In this document: piece by piece, positions 44,245-61,339 of the stretch
Layout of the letters: each line of letters starts with the position of its first letter
Numbering within the stretch: the first letter of the stretch is position 1
DNA from: the human T2T-CHM13v2.0 reference genome, Homo sapiens
Reading direction: 5' to 3' (one strand)
NCBI RefSeq assembly: GCF_009914755.1
Contig: NC_060926.1
DNA: 64,000 bases
Made by a program: the position numbers and the translations under genes
Notes under the pieces: generated by a model
Databases searched by the model: none
What the model was told of the DNA's origin: nothing
The model's input: the letters and a program-made list of their open reading frames with translations, nothing else

Positions 44245-44939
44245 ATACCACCTCATACCCTTTAGAATGGCTACTATCAAAAACAGAAAATAACAAGTGT
44301 TAGCAAGGATGTGGTGAATTGGAACTCTTGTGGACTGTTGGGAATGTAAAATGGTGTAGCCACTGTGGAAAACAGTATGATCGTCCCTCAGAAAATTGAA
44401 GATAGACTTACCATGTGGTCCAGCAATTCCATTTCTGTGTATATACTCAGACAAATGAAGGTCTCAAAGAGATATTTGTGTACCCATGTTCATAGCAGCA
44501 TTATTCACAAAAGCTAAAACATGGAATTAATACAGGTATTCATCACTGGATGAATGGGTAAGCAAAATGTGGCGTGTACTTAGAATGAATATTATTGAGC
44601 CTTAAAAAGGAAGGCAGTGACACATGGTTACAATATGGATGAAACTTGAGACATTGGCCAAGTGAAATAAGTCATTATCTGAGGTACTTAGAGTAATCAG
44701 AATCATAGAGACAGACAGTAGAATGGTGGTTGCTAGGGACTGGGGAGAGGGAGAAATGGGGAGTTATTGTTTAATAGGTACAGAGTTTTAGTTTTACAAG
44801 ATGAAAAGCATTAGGGAGACAGATAGTGGTGATTATGCAACATTATGAATGTATTTAATACCACTGAACTGCACACTTATAAACAGTTGAGGGTACTTTT
44901 ATGCTATATGTATTTCAACACAATAAAAAATGAAAAAGG
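44245..44939 (+). mobile_element. 5'-truncated L1MB-type 3' end
   Basis: taccacctcataccctttagaatggctactatc...; TSD aaaaacatgcatt at 44232-44244 and 44940-44952. Confidence 0.85.
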
Positions 44940-46273
44940 AAAAACATGCATTGTAGGTATATACTCAGATTTGAGAATCCCTGTTCTTGATGAGTCACAG
45001 TGAGTATCAAGTGGCATGTCCCCAAACTAATTGATAAAGAACTCAACATTTTTACTTATTTAGCCTCTGAATCCTTACCCTATATTCCCAACTTTCTTTG
45101 TAAGTGGTGTTCTTTTGTCCCTTTCAGGAACTGGAACAACAACAGGGATATAACTTAGCCCAGAGTTGGAGGCAAATTAGCTTTGCATATTGTGGCCACG
45201 GAAAGCCTTACACTTCTAACCTGGGCCATAGGCTCCCAGCTATGTCCTGGTGACATTAGGGATTTTTAATGTGTATCTTTTTTCTTTTTCTTTTTCTTTT
45301 TTTTTTTTCTAATTTTGTTTGAGTGTTTTTATTTTTAAGGCAAAGGAATGAATAGTACGGGGAACCCAATGTATCTGTCAGCAAACCATCAGCTTCATAT
45401 TTTATTTATTCCTCACACTTTTTGTGTTAATATATTTTAAAACAAATCCCAGACACTATTTCACCCATAAATATTTCATTGTTTATCTTTCAAAGAAAAG
45501 GACTTGTGTCTTTTTCCCGGCATAACCACAGTACCATTATAACCAAATTAATAATAATTCCTTGATAGCACCTAATTTATATGAACTGGCCAAACAGTAC
45601 ATCTGGCCTTAGGGCTGTCTATAGATTCTAACTCTTAAGTAAGATGTTATGTTTTATGTATTTACTACTGCACAGTTATCATTTTAAAAAAAAAACTCTT
45701 ACTTTCCCTACTAACAGTAGTTGAGTGATGATAAGTTTTAGAATATAAAATTCACGGTTCCAAGATGGCTGAATAGGAACAGCTCTGGTCTGCACCTCCC
45801 AGCGTGATTGATGCAGAAGATGGGTGATTTCTGCATTTCCAACTGAGCTCTGAAGAGAGCAGTGGCTCTCCCAGCACGGTGTTTGAGCTCTGAGAATGGA
45901 CAGACCACCTCCTCAAGTGGGTCCCTGACCCCTGTGCAGCCTAACTTGGAGACACCTCCCAGTAGGGGCCGACTGACACCTCATACAACTGGGTGCCCCT
46001 GAGATGAAGCTTCCAGAGGAAGGATTAGGCAGCAATATTTGTTGTTCTGCAATATTTGCTGTTCTGCAGCCTCTGCTGGTGATACCCAAGCAAACGGTCT
46101 GGAGTGGACCTCCAGCAAACTCCAACAGACCTGCAGCTGAGGGACCTGACTGTTAGAAGGAAAACTAACAAACAAAAAGGAACAGCATCAACATCAACCA
46201 AAAGGACATCCACACCAAAACCTCATCTGTAGGTCACCATCATCAAAGACCAAAGGTAGATAAAACCACAAAG

Positions 46274-47295
46274 ATGGGGAGAAACCAGAGCAGAAAAGCT
46301 GAAAATTCTAAAAACCAGAGCGCCCCTTCTCCTCCAAAGGATCACAGCTCCTCACCAGCAACGGAACAAAGCTGGACGGAGAATGACTTTGACAAATTGA
46401 CAGAAGTAGGCTTCAGAAAGTCGGTAATAACAAACTTCCTCAAGCTAAAGGAAGATGTTTGAACCCAACGCAAGGAAGCTAAAAACCTTGAAAAATGATT
46501 AGACGAATGGCTAACTAGAATAAACAGTGTAGAGAAGACCTTAAATGACCTGATGGAGCTGAAAACCATGGCACGAGAGCTTCGTGATGCATTCATAAGC
46601 TTCAGTAGCCGATTCAATCAAGTGGAAGAAAGGGTATCAGTCATTGAAGATCAAATGAATGAAATGAAGCAAGAAGTTTAGAGAAAAAAGAGTAAAAAGA
46701 AATGAATAAAGCCTCCAAGAAATATGGGACTATGTAAAAACACCAAATCTACCTGTGATTGGTGTACCTGAAAGTGGCGGGGAGAATGGAACCAAGCTGG
46801 AAAACACTCTTCAGGATATTATCCAGGAGAACTTCCCCAACCTAGCAAGGCAGGCCAACATTCAAATTCAGGAAATACAGAGAACACCACAAAGATACTC
46901 ATCGAGAAGAGCAACCCCAAGACACATAATTGTCAGATTCACCAAGGTTGAAATGAAGGAAAAAATGCTAAGGGTAGCCAGAGAGAAAGGTCGGGTTACT
47001 CACAAAGAGAAGCCTATCAGACTAACAGCGGATCTCTCGGCAGAAATCCTACAAGCCAGAAGAGAGTGGGGGCCAATATTCAACATTCTTAAAGAACAGA
47101 ATTTCCAACCCAGAATTTCATATCCAGCCAAACTAAGCTTCATAAGTGAAGGAGAAATAAAATCATTTATAGACAAACAAATGCTGAGAGATTTTTGTCA
47201 CCACCAGGCTTGCCGTACAAGAGCTCCTGAAGGAAGCACTAAACATGGAAAGGAACAACCGGTATCAGCCACTGCAAAAACATGCCAAATTGTAA
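46274..47295 (+). pseudogene. Disrupted L1 ORF1p
   Basis: MGRNQSRKAENSKNQS... with stop at 46460-46462; resumes ENFPNLARQANIQIQEIQRTPQRY; frameshift near 47195. Confidence 0.9.
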
Positions 47296-47358
47296 AGACC
47301 ATCGATGCTAGGAAGACACTGCATCAACTAATGGGCAAAATAACTAGCTAACATCATA

Positions 47359-51179
<3,821 letters not shown>

Positions 51180-51284
51180 ACAATGGGAACACTTGGACAC
51201 AGGAAGGGGAACATCACACACCGGGGCCTGTTGTGGGTTTGGGGGAGTGGGGAGGGATGGCATTAGGAGATACACTTAATGTAA

Positions 51285-52800
51285 AAGAGAGTTCCCATAT
51301 ACCTCCTGTATGCACGCATACACACACACAATCTCCCCCACGGATATCCTCCACTATATTTCATTCAGTCTCTCTTTTTGTTTTAGCCTGGGTAGAGGCT
51401 TATTGATTTTATTGATCTTTTTAAATAATCAGCTTTTGGTGTTATTGTTTTTTTCTATTGATTTCCTGTTTTCAGTTTGATTAATTTCTCCTCTTTTTTT
51501 TTCTTCACTTACTTTGGGTTTCATTTGCTCTTCTAGTTTTCTAAAATGGAAGCTTAGATGATTGATTTTAGATCTTCTTTCCTAATATATGCAGTCAGTC
51601 CTATAAATTTTTCTCTAAGCACTGCTTTTCTCTGTCCCACAAATTTTGGTGTTAAATTTTCATTTTCATTCAGTTTAGAGTATTTAAAAAATTTCTTTTG
51701 AGATTTCTTCTTTGATCCATGTATTATTTTAAATAACACATATTTAAAATACTTGGGATTCTAAGTATTTTGGGATTTTCCAGCTATATTTTTGTTATTC
51801 ATTTCTGTTTTAGTTCCATTGTGATCTTAGGACACACTTTATATCATTTCTACTCTCATAAAATTTATTATTTTTTTATGGCTCAGAATGTGGTCTTTTT
51901 GATGATTGTTTCCATGTGAGTTTTAGAAAAAGTGTGTTCTGCTCTTTTTGTATGCAGCATTTTATAAATAAATGCCAATTAGATCAGTTGACTGATCATG
52001 CTGTCCATTTTAAGTATGTCCTTACTGATTTTTTGCTTGCTGTATCTGTCCATTTCTGATAGAAGGCTATTAAAATTTCCAGCTACAATAGTGGATTCAT
52101 CTTTTTTTCCTAGCAGTTATATCAATTTTTGCCTCACATAGTTTGTTGCTCTGTCGTTAGGCACATGCACATTAGGGATTGTTATATCTTCTTGGAGAAT
52201 TGACTCTTATTATGTAATATGCCTCTTCATCCCTAATAATTTTCCTTGCTGTGAGGTCTCTTCTGTCTCAAGTGATTATAGGTACTCTGGCTTTGTTTTG
52301 ATTGGTGTAAGCATGGTGTATCTTTCTCTGTTCCTTTAATCTCTATGTGTCTTTATTTAAACTGGGTTTATTTTAGATAGCAATTTGGGTCTTGTTTTTG
52401 TTCCACTCTGATGATCTCTTTCAGTTGGTGTATTTAGACCATTGATATTTAAAGTGATTATTGATTTCCTTGGATTAATATCTACCATATCTGTTAATGT
52501 TTTGTATTTGATTCCCTTGGTCTTTGTTTCTAGTTTTATCTTCTACACTTTTTGTGCTTTTAATTAAGAATTTTATACTTCTGTTTTCTCTCCTTTCTTA
52601 GCATATCTATCATACTGTTTGTGTGTGTGGGGGTGTGTGTGTGTGTGTGTGTTTGCCCTAGAATTTACACTGTACATTTACCGTTAATCCAAGGCCACTT
52701 GCAAGTAGCACTATAATGCTTCACAGGTTGTACAAGTACTTTATAATAAAAAATTTCTAATTCCTCCTTTCTGTCCCTTGTATCATTGCTGTCATTCGAC
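51285..52800 (-). mobile_element. L1MC/MD-type fragments (host of the nested cluster; continues at 61340-64000)
   Basis: ORF 51554-51739 KAVLREKFIGLTAYIRKE; antisense L1M motifs. Confidence 0.7.
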
Positions 52801-52815
52801 ACACAGACACACACA

Positions 52816-54285
52816 CAGACAATGTGCCACATAATGTTTTGATCAATGATGAACCACATATACAATTATAATGGAACCGAAAAATTCTTATTGCTTAGTG
52901 ATGTCATAGCCATTGGAATGTTGTAGAACAGTGCATTACTGATGCTGGTGTAAACAAATCTGCATTGCCAGTTATGTAAAAGTATAGCACATACAGGCCA
53001 GGTGTGGTGGCTCACGCCTGTAATCCCAATACTTTGGGAGGCTGAGGCTGGAAGATTGCTTGGGGCCAGGAGTTGGAGACCAGCCTGGGCAGAGACTCCG
53101 TCTCTACAAAAAATGAAAACAATAGCCAGGTGTGGTAATATATTCCTATAGTCCTAACTACCCAGTAGGCCGAGGCAGGAGGATTACTTGAGATTAGGAG
53201 TTTGTGGTTACAGTGAAGCATGATCACTCCACTGCACTCCACTCTGGGCAACATTGTGAGATCCCATCTAAAAAAGGAAAAGCAAAAGTATAGCATGCTA
53301 GCCAGGTGCCATGGTGGCTCACACCGGTAATCACTTTGGGAGGCGTGAGGCAGGAAGGTCCCTTGAGCCCAGGAGTTTGAGACCAGCCTGGGCAACATAG
53401 ACCCTGTCTCAATAAATAAATAAATAACAATTATTCACAGTACTAATACTTGATAATAAATATGTTACTAGCTTGTGTATTTACTATTCTATACTTTTTA
53501 ATCGTTATGTTAGAATGTATTTCCTCTACTTATCAAAAATTGTAAAACAGCCTTAGGCAGGTCCTTCAGGAGATATTTCAGAAGACATTATAGGAGATAA
53601 TAGCTTCATGCAAGTTATTGCCCCTAAAGAGCTTCCAGTGGGACAAGATGTAGACATGGAAGACAGTGATAATGATGATCATGACCCAGTGTAGGCCTAG
53701 GCTAATGGGTGTGTTTATGTCTTAGTTTTTGACACAAAAAAATTTATAAATAAGAAAAAGCTTATAGAATAAGAATTTACAGAAAATATTTTGTACAGCT
53801 GTATACTGTTTTAGCTGTGGTGTTACAAAAGAGACAAAAAGTTAAAAAGTAAAAGTTTATAAAGTGAAAAAGTTACAGTAAGCTGTTTATTATTAGAGAA
53901 AAAAAATTTTTTTTAAGTTTAGTGTAGCCTGAGTGTAGTCTACAACAGTGTAATGTCCTAAGCCTTTGCATTCAGTCACCCCTCAACTCACCTAGACAAC
54001 TTGCCATCCTATAAGCTATATTTATGATGTGCCCTATACAGTATATACCATTTTTTATCTTTTATACCATAGTTCTACTGTACCTTATCTATGTTTAATG
54101 TTTAGATATACAGATACTTCCCATTATTTCACAGTTGCCTACACTAGCATGCTCTACAGGTTTGTAGCCTAGGAGCAATAGGCTACAGCATATAGCATAG
54201 GTTGTACCTTTAGGTTTGTGTAGGTACACTCTGTGATGTTCCCACAATGAATGAAATCATCTAACAGATGCATTTGTCAGAATGT
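52816..54285 (-). mobile_element. Tigger3b (Golem) DNA transposon with two nested Alus
   Basis: tgatgctggtgtaaacaaa, cttccagtgggacaagatgt, ggtttgtagcctaggagcaataggctac. Confidence 0.85.
52996..53428 (+). mobile_element. AluJ (52996-53285) followed by an Alu monomer (about 53300-53428)
   Basis: Two Alu 5' ends; repeat aaaagtatagca at 52978 and 53284. Confidence 0.85.
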
Positions 54286-57200
54286 TTCTTTTTTATTTCT
54301 TGATTGAGGGGTACATGTGCAGGATGTGCAGGTTTCTTGCCTAGTTAAACATGTGCCATGGTGATTAGCTGCACAGATCATTCCATCACCTAGGTATTAA
54401 GCCCAGAATCCATTAGCTGTTCTTCCAGATGCTCTCCCTCCTCCCACCCCCCACCCTCTGACAGGCCCCAGTGTGGGTCGTTCCCCCCATCCCCATGTGT
54501 CCATGTGTTCTCATCATTCAGCTCCCATTTCTAAGTGAGAACATGCAGTATTTGATTTTCTGTTTCTGTGTTAGTTTGCTAAGGATAATGGCTTCCAGCT
54601 CCATTCATGTCCCTGCAGAGGGCATGATCTCGTTCCTTTTTTTTTGGCCACATAACATTCTGTGGTGTGGATGTAGCACATTTGCATTAGCCAGTCTATC
54701 ATCGATGGGCATTTAGGTTGATTCCATGTCTTTGGTATTGTGAATAGTGCTGCAGTGAACATGCATTCATGTATCTTTATAATAGAATGATTTATATTCC
54801 TTTGGGTATATACCAAGTAAGGGGATTGTTGAGTCAAATGGTATTTCTGCCTCTAGGTCTTTGAGGCATTGCCACACTGTCTTCCACAATGGTTGAACTA
54901 ATTTACACTCCCACCAACAGTGTAAAAGCGTTCCTTTTCCTCCACAACCTTGCCAGCATCTGTTGTTTTTTGACTTTTTAATAATTGCCATTCTGACTGG
55001 TGTGAGATGGTACCTCATTGTGGTTTTGATTTGCATTTCTCTAATGATCAGTGGTGTTGAGCTTCTTTTCATGTTTGTTGGCCACATGAATGTCTTCTTT
55101 GGAGAAGTGTCTGTTCATGTCCTTTGACCACTTTTAATCAGGTTGTTTTTTTCTTGTAAATTTGTTTAAGTTCCTTGTAGATGCTGGAATATTACATCTT
55201 TGTCAGATGGGTAAGTTGCAAAAAGTTTCTCCCATTCTGTAGGTTGTCTGTTTACTCTGATGAGAGTTTCTTTTGCTGTGCATAAGCTCTTTAGTTTAAT
55301 TAGATTCCATTTGTCAAGTTTTGCTTTTGTTGCAGTTGCTTTTGGCATCTTTGTCATGAAATCTTCGCCCATGCCTATATCCTGAATGGTATCGCCTAGA
55401 TTTTCTTCTAGGGTTTTTTTTTTTTTTTTTTTTTTTTGGAGACAGAGTCTTGCTCTGTTGCCTAGGCTGAAGTGCAGTGGCACGATCTCAGCTCACTGCA
55501 AGCTCCGCCTCCCAGGTTCACACCATTTTCCTGCCTCAGCCTCCTGAGTAGCTGGGACTACAGGCACGTGCCACCGCACCCGGCTACTTCTTTGTATTTT
55601 TAATAGAGACCAGGTTTCACCATGTTAGCCAGGATTATCTTGATCTCCTGACCTTGTGGTCTGCCCACCTCGGCCTCCCAAATTGCTGGGATTACAGGCG
55701 AGAGCCACTGCGCCCAGCCTCTTCTAGCGTTTTTATAGTTTTGGGTTTTCCATTTAAGTCTTTAATCATCTTGAATTGATTTTTGTTTTTGGTGTAAGGA
55801 AGGGGTCCAGTTTCAGTTTTCTGCATATGGCTAGCCAGTTTTCCGAGCACCATTTATTAAATAGGGAATTCTTTCCCCATTGCTTGTTTTTGTCAGGTTT
55901 GTTGGAGGTCAGGTGGTTGTATGTATGTGATCTTATTTCTGGGTTCTCTATTCTGTTCCATTCGTCTGTGTGTCTGTTCTTGTACTAATATCATGCTGTT
56001 TTGGTTACTATAGCCTTGTAGCATAGTTGAAGTCAGGTAGTATGATGCCTTCATGTTTGTTCTTTTTGCTTAGGATTGTCTTGGCTACTCGGGCTCTTTT
56101 TTGGTTCCATATGAATTTTAAAATAGTTTCTTCTAATTCTGTGAAGAATGTCAATGGTAGTTTAATGGGAATAGCATTGAATCTATAAATTGTTTTGGGC
56201 AGTGTGACCATTTTCACAATATTGATTCTTCCCACCCATGAACATGGAATGTTTTTCCATTTATTTGTGTCCTCTCTGATTTCTTTGAGCAGTGGTTTAT
56301 AGTTCTCCTTGAAGAGGTCCCTCACTTCCCTTATTAGCTGTATTTCCAGGTATTTTATTATTTTTGTGGCAGTTGTGAATGTGAGTTCATTCGTGATTTG
56401 GCTCTCTGATTGCTTGTTATTGGTGTATAGGAAGGCCAACAATTTTTGAACATTGATTTTCTATCATGAGACTTGCTGAAGTTGCTTATAAGCTTAAGAA
56501 GCTTTTGGGCTGAGACGATGGGGTTTTCTAGAAATAGGATCATTTTATCTGCAACCAAAGATAATTTTACTTCCTCTCTTTCTATTTGAATACACTTTAT
56601 TTATTTCCCTTGCCTGATTGCCCTGGCCAGAACTTCCAATTCTATGTTGAATAGGAGTGGTGAGAGAGGGCATGCATCTTTGTCTTGTGCTGGTTTTCAA
56701 GGGGAATGCTTCCAGCTTTTGCCCATTCAGTATGTTATTGGTGGGTTTGTCATATATGGCTCTTACTATTTTGAGGTATGTTCCTTGAATACCTAGTTTA
56801 TTGAGAGTTTCTAACATGAAGGGATGTTGAATTGTATTGAAGGCCTTTTCTCCATCTGTTGAGATAATCATGTATTTTTTTGTCTTTAGTTCTGTTTATG
56901 TGATGAATCTGTTTATGTTATGTGATGAACATTTATTAATTTGCATATGTTTAACCAGCCTTGCATCCTGGGGATGAAGTCTGCTTGGTTGTGGTGGATA
57001 AGGTTTTTGATGTGCTGCTAGATTCAGTCTGCCAGTATTTTGTTGAGTTTTGCATCGAGGTTCACCAAAGATGTTGGCCTGAAGTTTTCTTTTTTGTTTT
57101 ATCTCTGCCAGGTTTTGGTATCAGGATGATGCAGGCCTTATGGAATGAACTAGGGAGGAGTCCCTCCTTTTCAATTTTTTGAACAGTTTCAGTAGGAATG

Positions 57201-60200
57201 GTACCAGCTCTTCTTTTTACCTCTGGTATAATTTAGCTGTGAATCCGTCTGGTCCTGGGCTTTTTTTGGTTGATAGACTATTTATTACTGCTTCAACTTT
57301 AGAACTCATTATTGGTCTATTTAGGGATTCAGTTTCTTCCTGGTTCAGTCTTTGGAGGGTGTATGTGTCCAGGAATTTATCCATTTCTTCTAGATTTTCT
57401 AGTTTATGTGCATAAAGGTGTTTATAGTATTCTCTGATGGTTTGTATTTCTGTGGGGTCAGTGGTGATATCCCCCTTATCATTTCTGATTATATTTATTT
57501 GACTGTTCTGTCTTCTTTATTAGCCTAGCCTAGTGGTCTGTCTTATAAATTTCAAAAAAAACAACTCCTGGATTCATTGATTTTTTTTTTTTTTTTTTTG
57601 AGGAGTTTTTCTTGTCTCTGTCTACTTCGATTCAGCTCTGATATTGACTATTTCTTGTCTACTGGTAGCTTTGGGGTCTGTTTGCCCTTGGTCCTCTAGT
57701 TCTTTTAGCTGTGTTGTTAGGTTGTTAACTTCAGATCTTTCTAGCTTCTAGATGTGGGCATTTAGTGCTATAAATTTCCCGCTTAACACTGCTTTAGCTG
57801 CATCCCAGAGATTCTGGTACATTGTATCTTTGTTCTCATTAGTTTCAGAGAAATTATTGATTTCTGCCTTTATTTCATTATTTACCCAAGAGTGATTTGG
57901 AAGCAGGTTGTTCAGTTTCCATGTAGTTAGTTGTGTGGTTTTGAGTGCATTTCTTAATCTTGAGTTCTAATTTGGTTGTGCTGTGGTCTGACAGACTTTG
58001 TTATTATTTCAGTTCTTTTGCATTTGCTGAGGAGTGTTTTACTTCCAATTATGTGATCAATTTTACTCAAGTAAGTGCCGTGCAGTAATGAGAAGAATGT
58101 ATATTCTGTTGTTTTTGGGTGGAGAGTTCTATAGGTATTTGTCAGGTCTACTCTATCCAGAGCTGAGTTCAGATCCTGAATATCTTTTAATTGTCTTTCT
58201 CTATGATCTGTCTAATATTGTCAGTAGGGGTGTTAAAGTCTCCCACTATTATTGTGTGGGAGTCTAAGTCTCATTGAAGGTCTCTAAGAACTTGCTTTAT
58301 GAATCTGGGTGCTCCAGTATTGGGCACATATATAGGTTAGTTAGCTGTTCTTGTAGAATTGAACCCTTTACCATTATGTCATGCCCTTCGTTGTCTTTTT
58401 TGATCTTTGTTGGTTTAAAGCCTGTTTTATCAGAAACTAGGATTGCAACCCCTGCTTCGTTCTGTTTCCCATTTGCTTAGTAAATTGTCTTCAGTCTCTT
58501 TATTTTGAGTCTTTGTGTGTCTTTGCATGTGAGATGGGTCCCTTGAAGGTAGCGTAGCAATGGGTCTTGATTCTTTATCCAGCTTGCCATTCTGTGTCTT
58601 TTAATTGGGGCAGTTAGCCCATTTACATTTAAGGATAGAATTCTTATGTGCGGATTTGATTCTCTCATCATGCTAGCTGGTTATTTTGCAGACTTGTTTA
58701 TGTGCTTGCTTCATAGGGACTGATCTGTGTACTTCAGTGTGTTTTTGTAGCAACTGGTAACTGTTTTTCCTTTCCATATTTAGTGCTTCCTTCAGGAGCT
58801 CTTGCAAGGCAGGCCTGATGGTGATGAATTCCCTCAGCATTTGCTTGTCTGAAAAGGATCTTATTTTTCCTTTGCTTATGAAGCTTAGTTTGGCCCAATA
58901 TGACATTCTGGGGTGGAAATTCTTTTCTTTAAGAATGTTGAATATTGACCCGCAGTCTCTTCTGGTTTGTAGGATTTCCACTGAGAGGTCTGTTGTTAGT
59001 CTGATGGGCTTCCCCTTGTAGGTGACCTGGCCCTTCTCTCTGGCTGCTCTGAGCATTTTTTCTTTCATCTTGATCTTGGAGAATCTGATGATTATGTGTT
59101 TTGGGGATGATTCTTCTCATGGAGTATCTTACTGGGGTTCTCTGTATTTCCTGAATTTGAATGTTGGCCTGTCTTGGTAAGTTGGGGAAGTTCTCCTAAA
59201 TGATATCCTGAAGTATGTTTTTCAACTTGGTTCCAACTCCCCATCACTTTCAGGTACCTCAGTCAGTCGTAGATTCAGTCTGTTTACATAATCCCATATT
59301 TCTCAGAAGTTTTGTTCATTCCATTTCCTTCTTTTTTCTCTAGTATTGTCTGCTTGTCTTAATTCAGAAAGCCAGTCTTCCAGCTCTAAGATTCTTTCCT
59401 CTGCTTGGCCTGTTCTTCTATTAATATTTATGATTGCATTGTGAAGTTCTCGTGTTGTGTTTTTTTAACTCCATCAGGTCATTTATCTTCCTCTCTAAAC
59501 TGGCTATTCTGGTTATCAGCTCCTGTATAGTTTTAACATGATACTTAGCTACTTTGCATTGGGTTAAAACATGCTCCTTTAGCTCAGTGAACTTCGTTGT
59601 TACCACCTTCTGAAGTCTACTTCTGTCATTTCAGCAATCTCAGTGTCAGCCCAGTTCTGAGCCCTTGCTTGAGAGATGTTGTGGTCATTTGGAGGAAAAG
59701 GACACTCTGGCTTTTTGAGTTTTCAGTGTTTTTGCATTGATTCTTTCTCATCTTTGTGGGCTTATCTACCTTTGATCTTTGAGGTTGCTGACCTTTGGGT
59801 GGTATTTTGTGGTTTTTCTTTGTTGTCGTTTTCTGTTTGTTTTTCTTTTCATAGTCTGGTCACTCTTCTGTAGGGCTGCTGCAGTTTGCTGGAGGTCCGC
59901 TCCAAACCCCAGTTGCTCTGGTTCTTCCTGTACCTGGAGGTATCACCAGTGACGCCTGCAAAACAGCAAAGATGGCAGCCTGCCCCTTCCTCTGGAAGCA
60001 CCATCCCAGGAGGGTGCTGACCTATTGCCACCTGAACACGCCTGTAGGGGGTGGTTGGAGACCCCAGTTGGGAGGTTTCACCCAGTTAGGAGGAATGGGA
60101 TCAGGGGCCCGCTTAAAGCAACAGTTTGGCCTCTTTTTGTTAGAGCAGCTGTGCTGTGTTGGTGATCCCTTTAGCCACCATTTGATCTGGGCTCTCCAAG

Positions 60201-61331
60201 CCCCACTGGCTGAACTGGCTGAGGAGCCCAAACAGCCAAGGTGGCAACCTGCCCCACTCTTCAGGCACTCCATCCCAGGGAGAAATTGGAGCTCTTTCGG
60301 CCCATAGAACATGGGTGGTGACTAGAGGCTCTGGCTGGGAGGACCCACCCCACAAGGAGGAGTGGATTGGGGGTCCTGATTACAGAATCAGTCTGGCCAT
60401 GCCTTGACAAAACAGCTGTGTCATGGTAGGGAACTGCCTCTGCCCAGGTAGCAGCCCTCCCCTCTCCTGGACACTTTGTCCCAGGGAGAGATAAGAAAGG
60501 TAAGAGCTCTGTCAGGCCATGGCTGGAGGGCCTGGCTGGGAGGTCCCACTCAGTGAAGAGGAATGGATTGGAGCTTCACTTAAAGAAGTAATCTGGTCAA
60601 TATCTGGCAAAGCTGCTGAGTTGTGCCACTGGGGGGACCCTTTCTCGTCTGGACCATTTGGACTCTCCAGGGTCTGCAGGCTGGAACAGCTGTGTTGACC
60701 AAACAGCAGAGATGGTGCTGGCCTCTCCCCACAGCCTATTGCTGGTGGCTGCTTGGAATTCCAAGCCAGTGGGTCTTATCTTGTGAGGTGTCATGGAAGT
60801 GGGCCTGCAGAACAAGGCTGCTCAACTTTCTGGATTCCAACCCCTCTCGGGGGGTATATGTGGACCTCCCGCCTTGTCTGAGTTGCAGACACGTTTGTTG
60901 GAGATCCCGGTACTGGAGTATGTAAAGCTCTTGGGTCTCTGTGCATGCCTGAGCAGCTGCTCTGCTGAGACTCCACGCAGCTCCGTGTGTTGGCCCCAAG
61001 GCCCTGGTGGCGTGGACTCATAAGGGGATCTCCTGATCCCCGGGTTGCAAAGATCCATGGGAGAAGCGTGGTTTCCCTGGGTCGCATAATCACTCATCAC
61101 TTCCCTTGGCTGGGGATGGGGGTTTCCTTGGCTTGTGTTGCTCCCAAGTGGGCCGCCGCGCCACCCTGCTTTTCCTCATTCCCCGTGGGTCGAGCTGTTT
61201 CCCTGATAAGTCTCAATGCGACTACCTGGATTATTTCAGTTGAAAGTGCAGTATTCACTCGCCGCTTTCGTTCCTCTCCATGAGCGCCACGGACTGCAGC
61301 TGCTTCTAATCGGCTGTCTTGGCCCTGTCCC
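54286..61331 (-). mobile_element. Full-length old primate L1 (L1PA10-12-like), decayed; 5' UTR about 1.6 kb with three diverged internal repeats
   Basis: 5' end GGGCCAAGACAGCCGATTAGAAGCAGCTGCAG; ORF1 ATG near 59751; ORF2 start at 58671 (MMRESNPHIRILSLNVNGL); 3' UTR ggtacatgtgcaggatgtgcagg; degenerate cagaat flanks. Confidence 0.92.
55413..55719 (-). mobile_element. AluY inside L1
   Basis: gctccgcctcccaggttcacacc; TSD tcttctag(g/c)gttttt at 55404 and 55720. Confidence 0.92.
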
Positions 61332-61339
61332 CAGAATTG

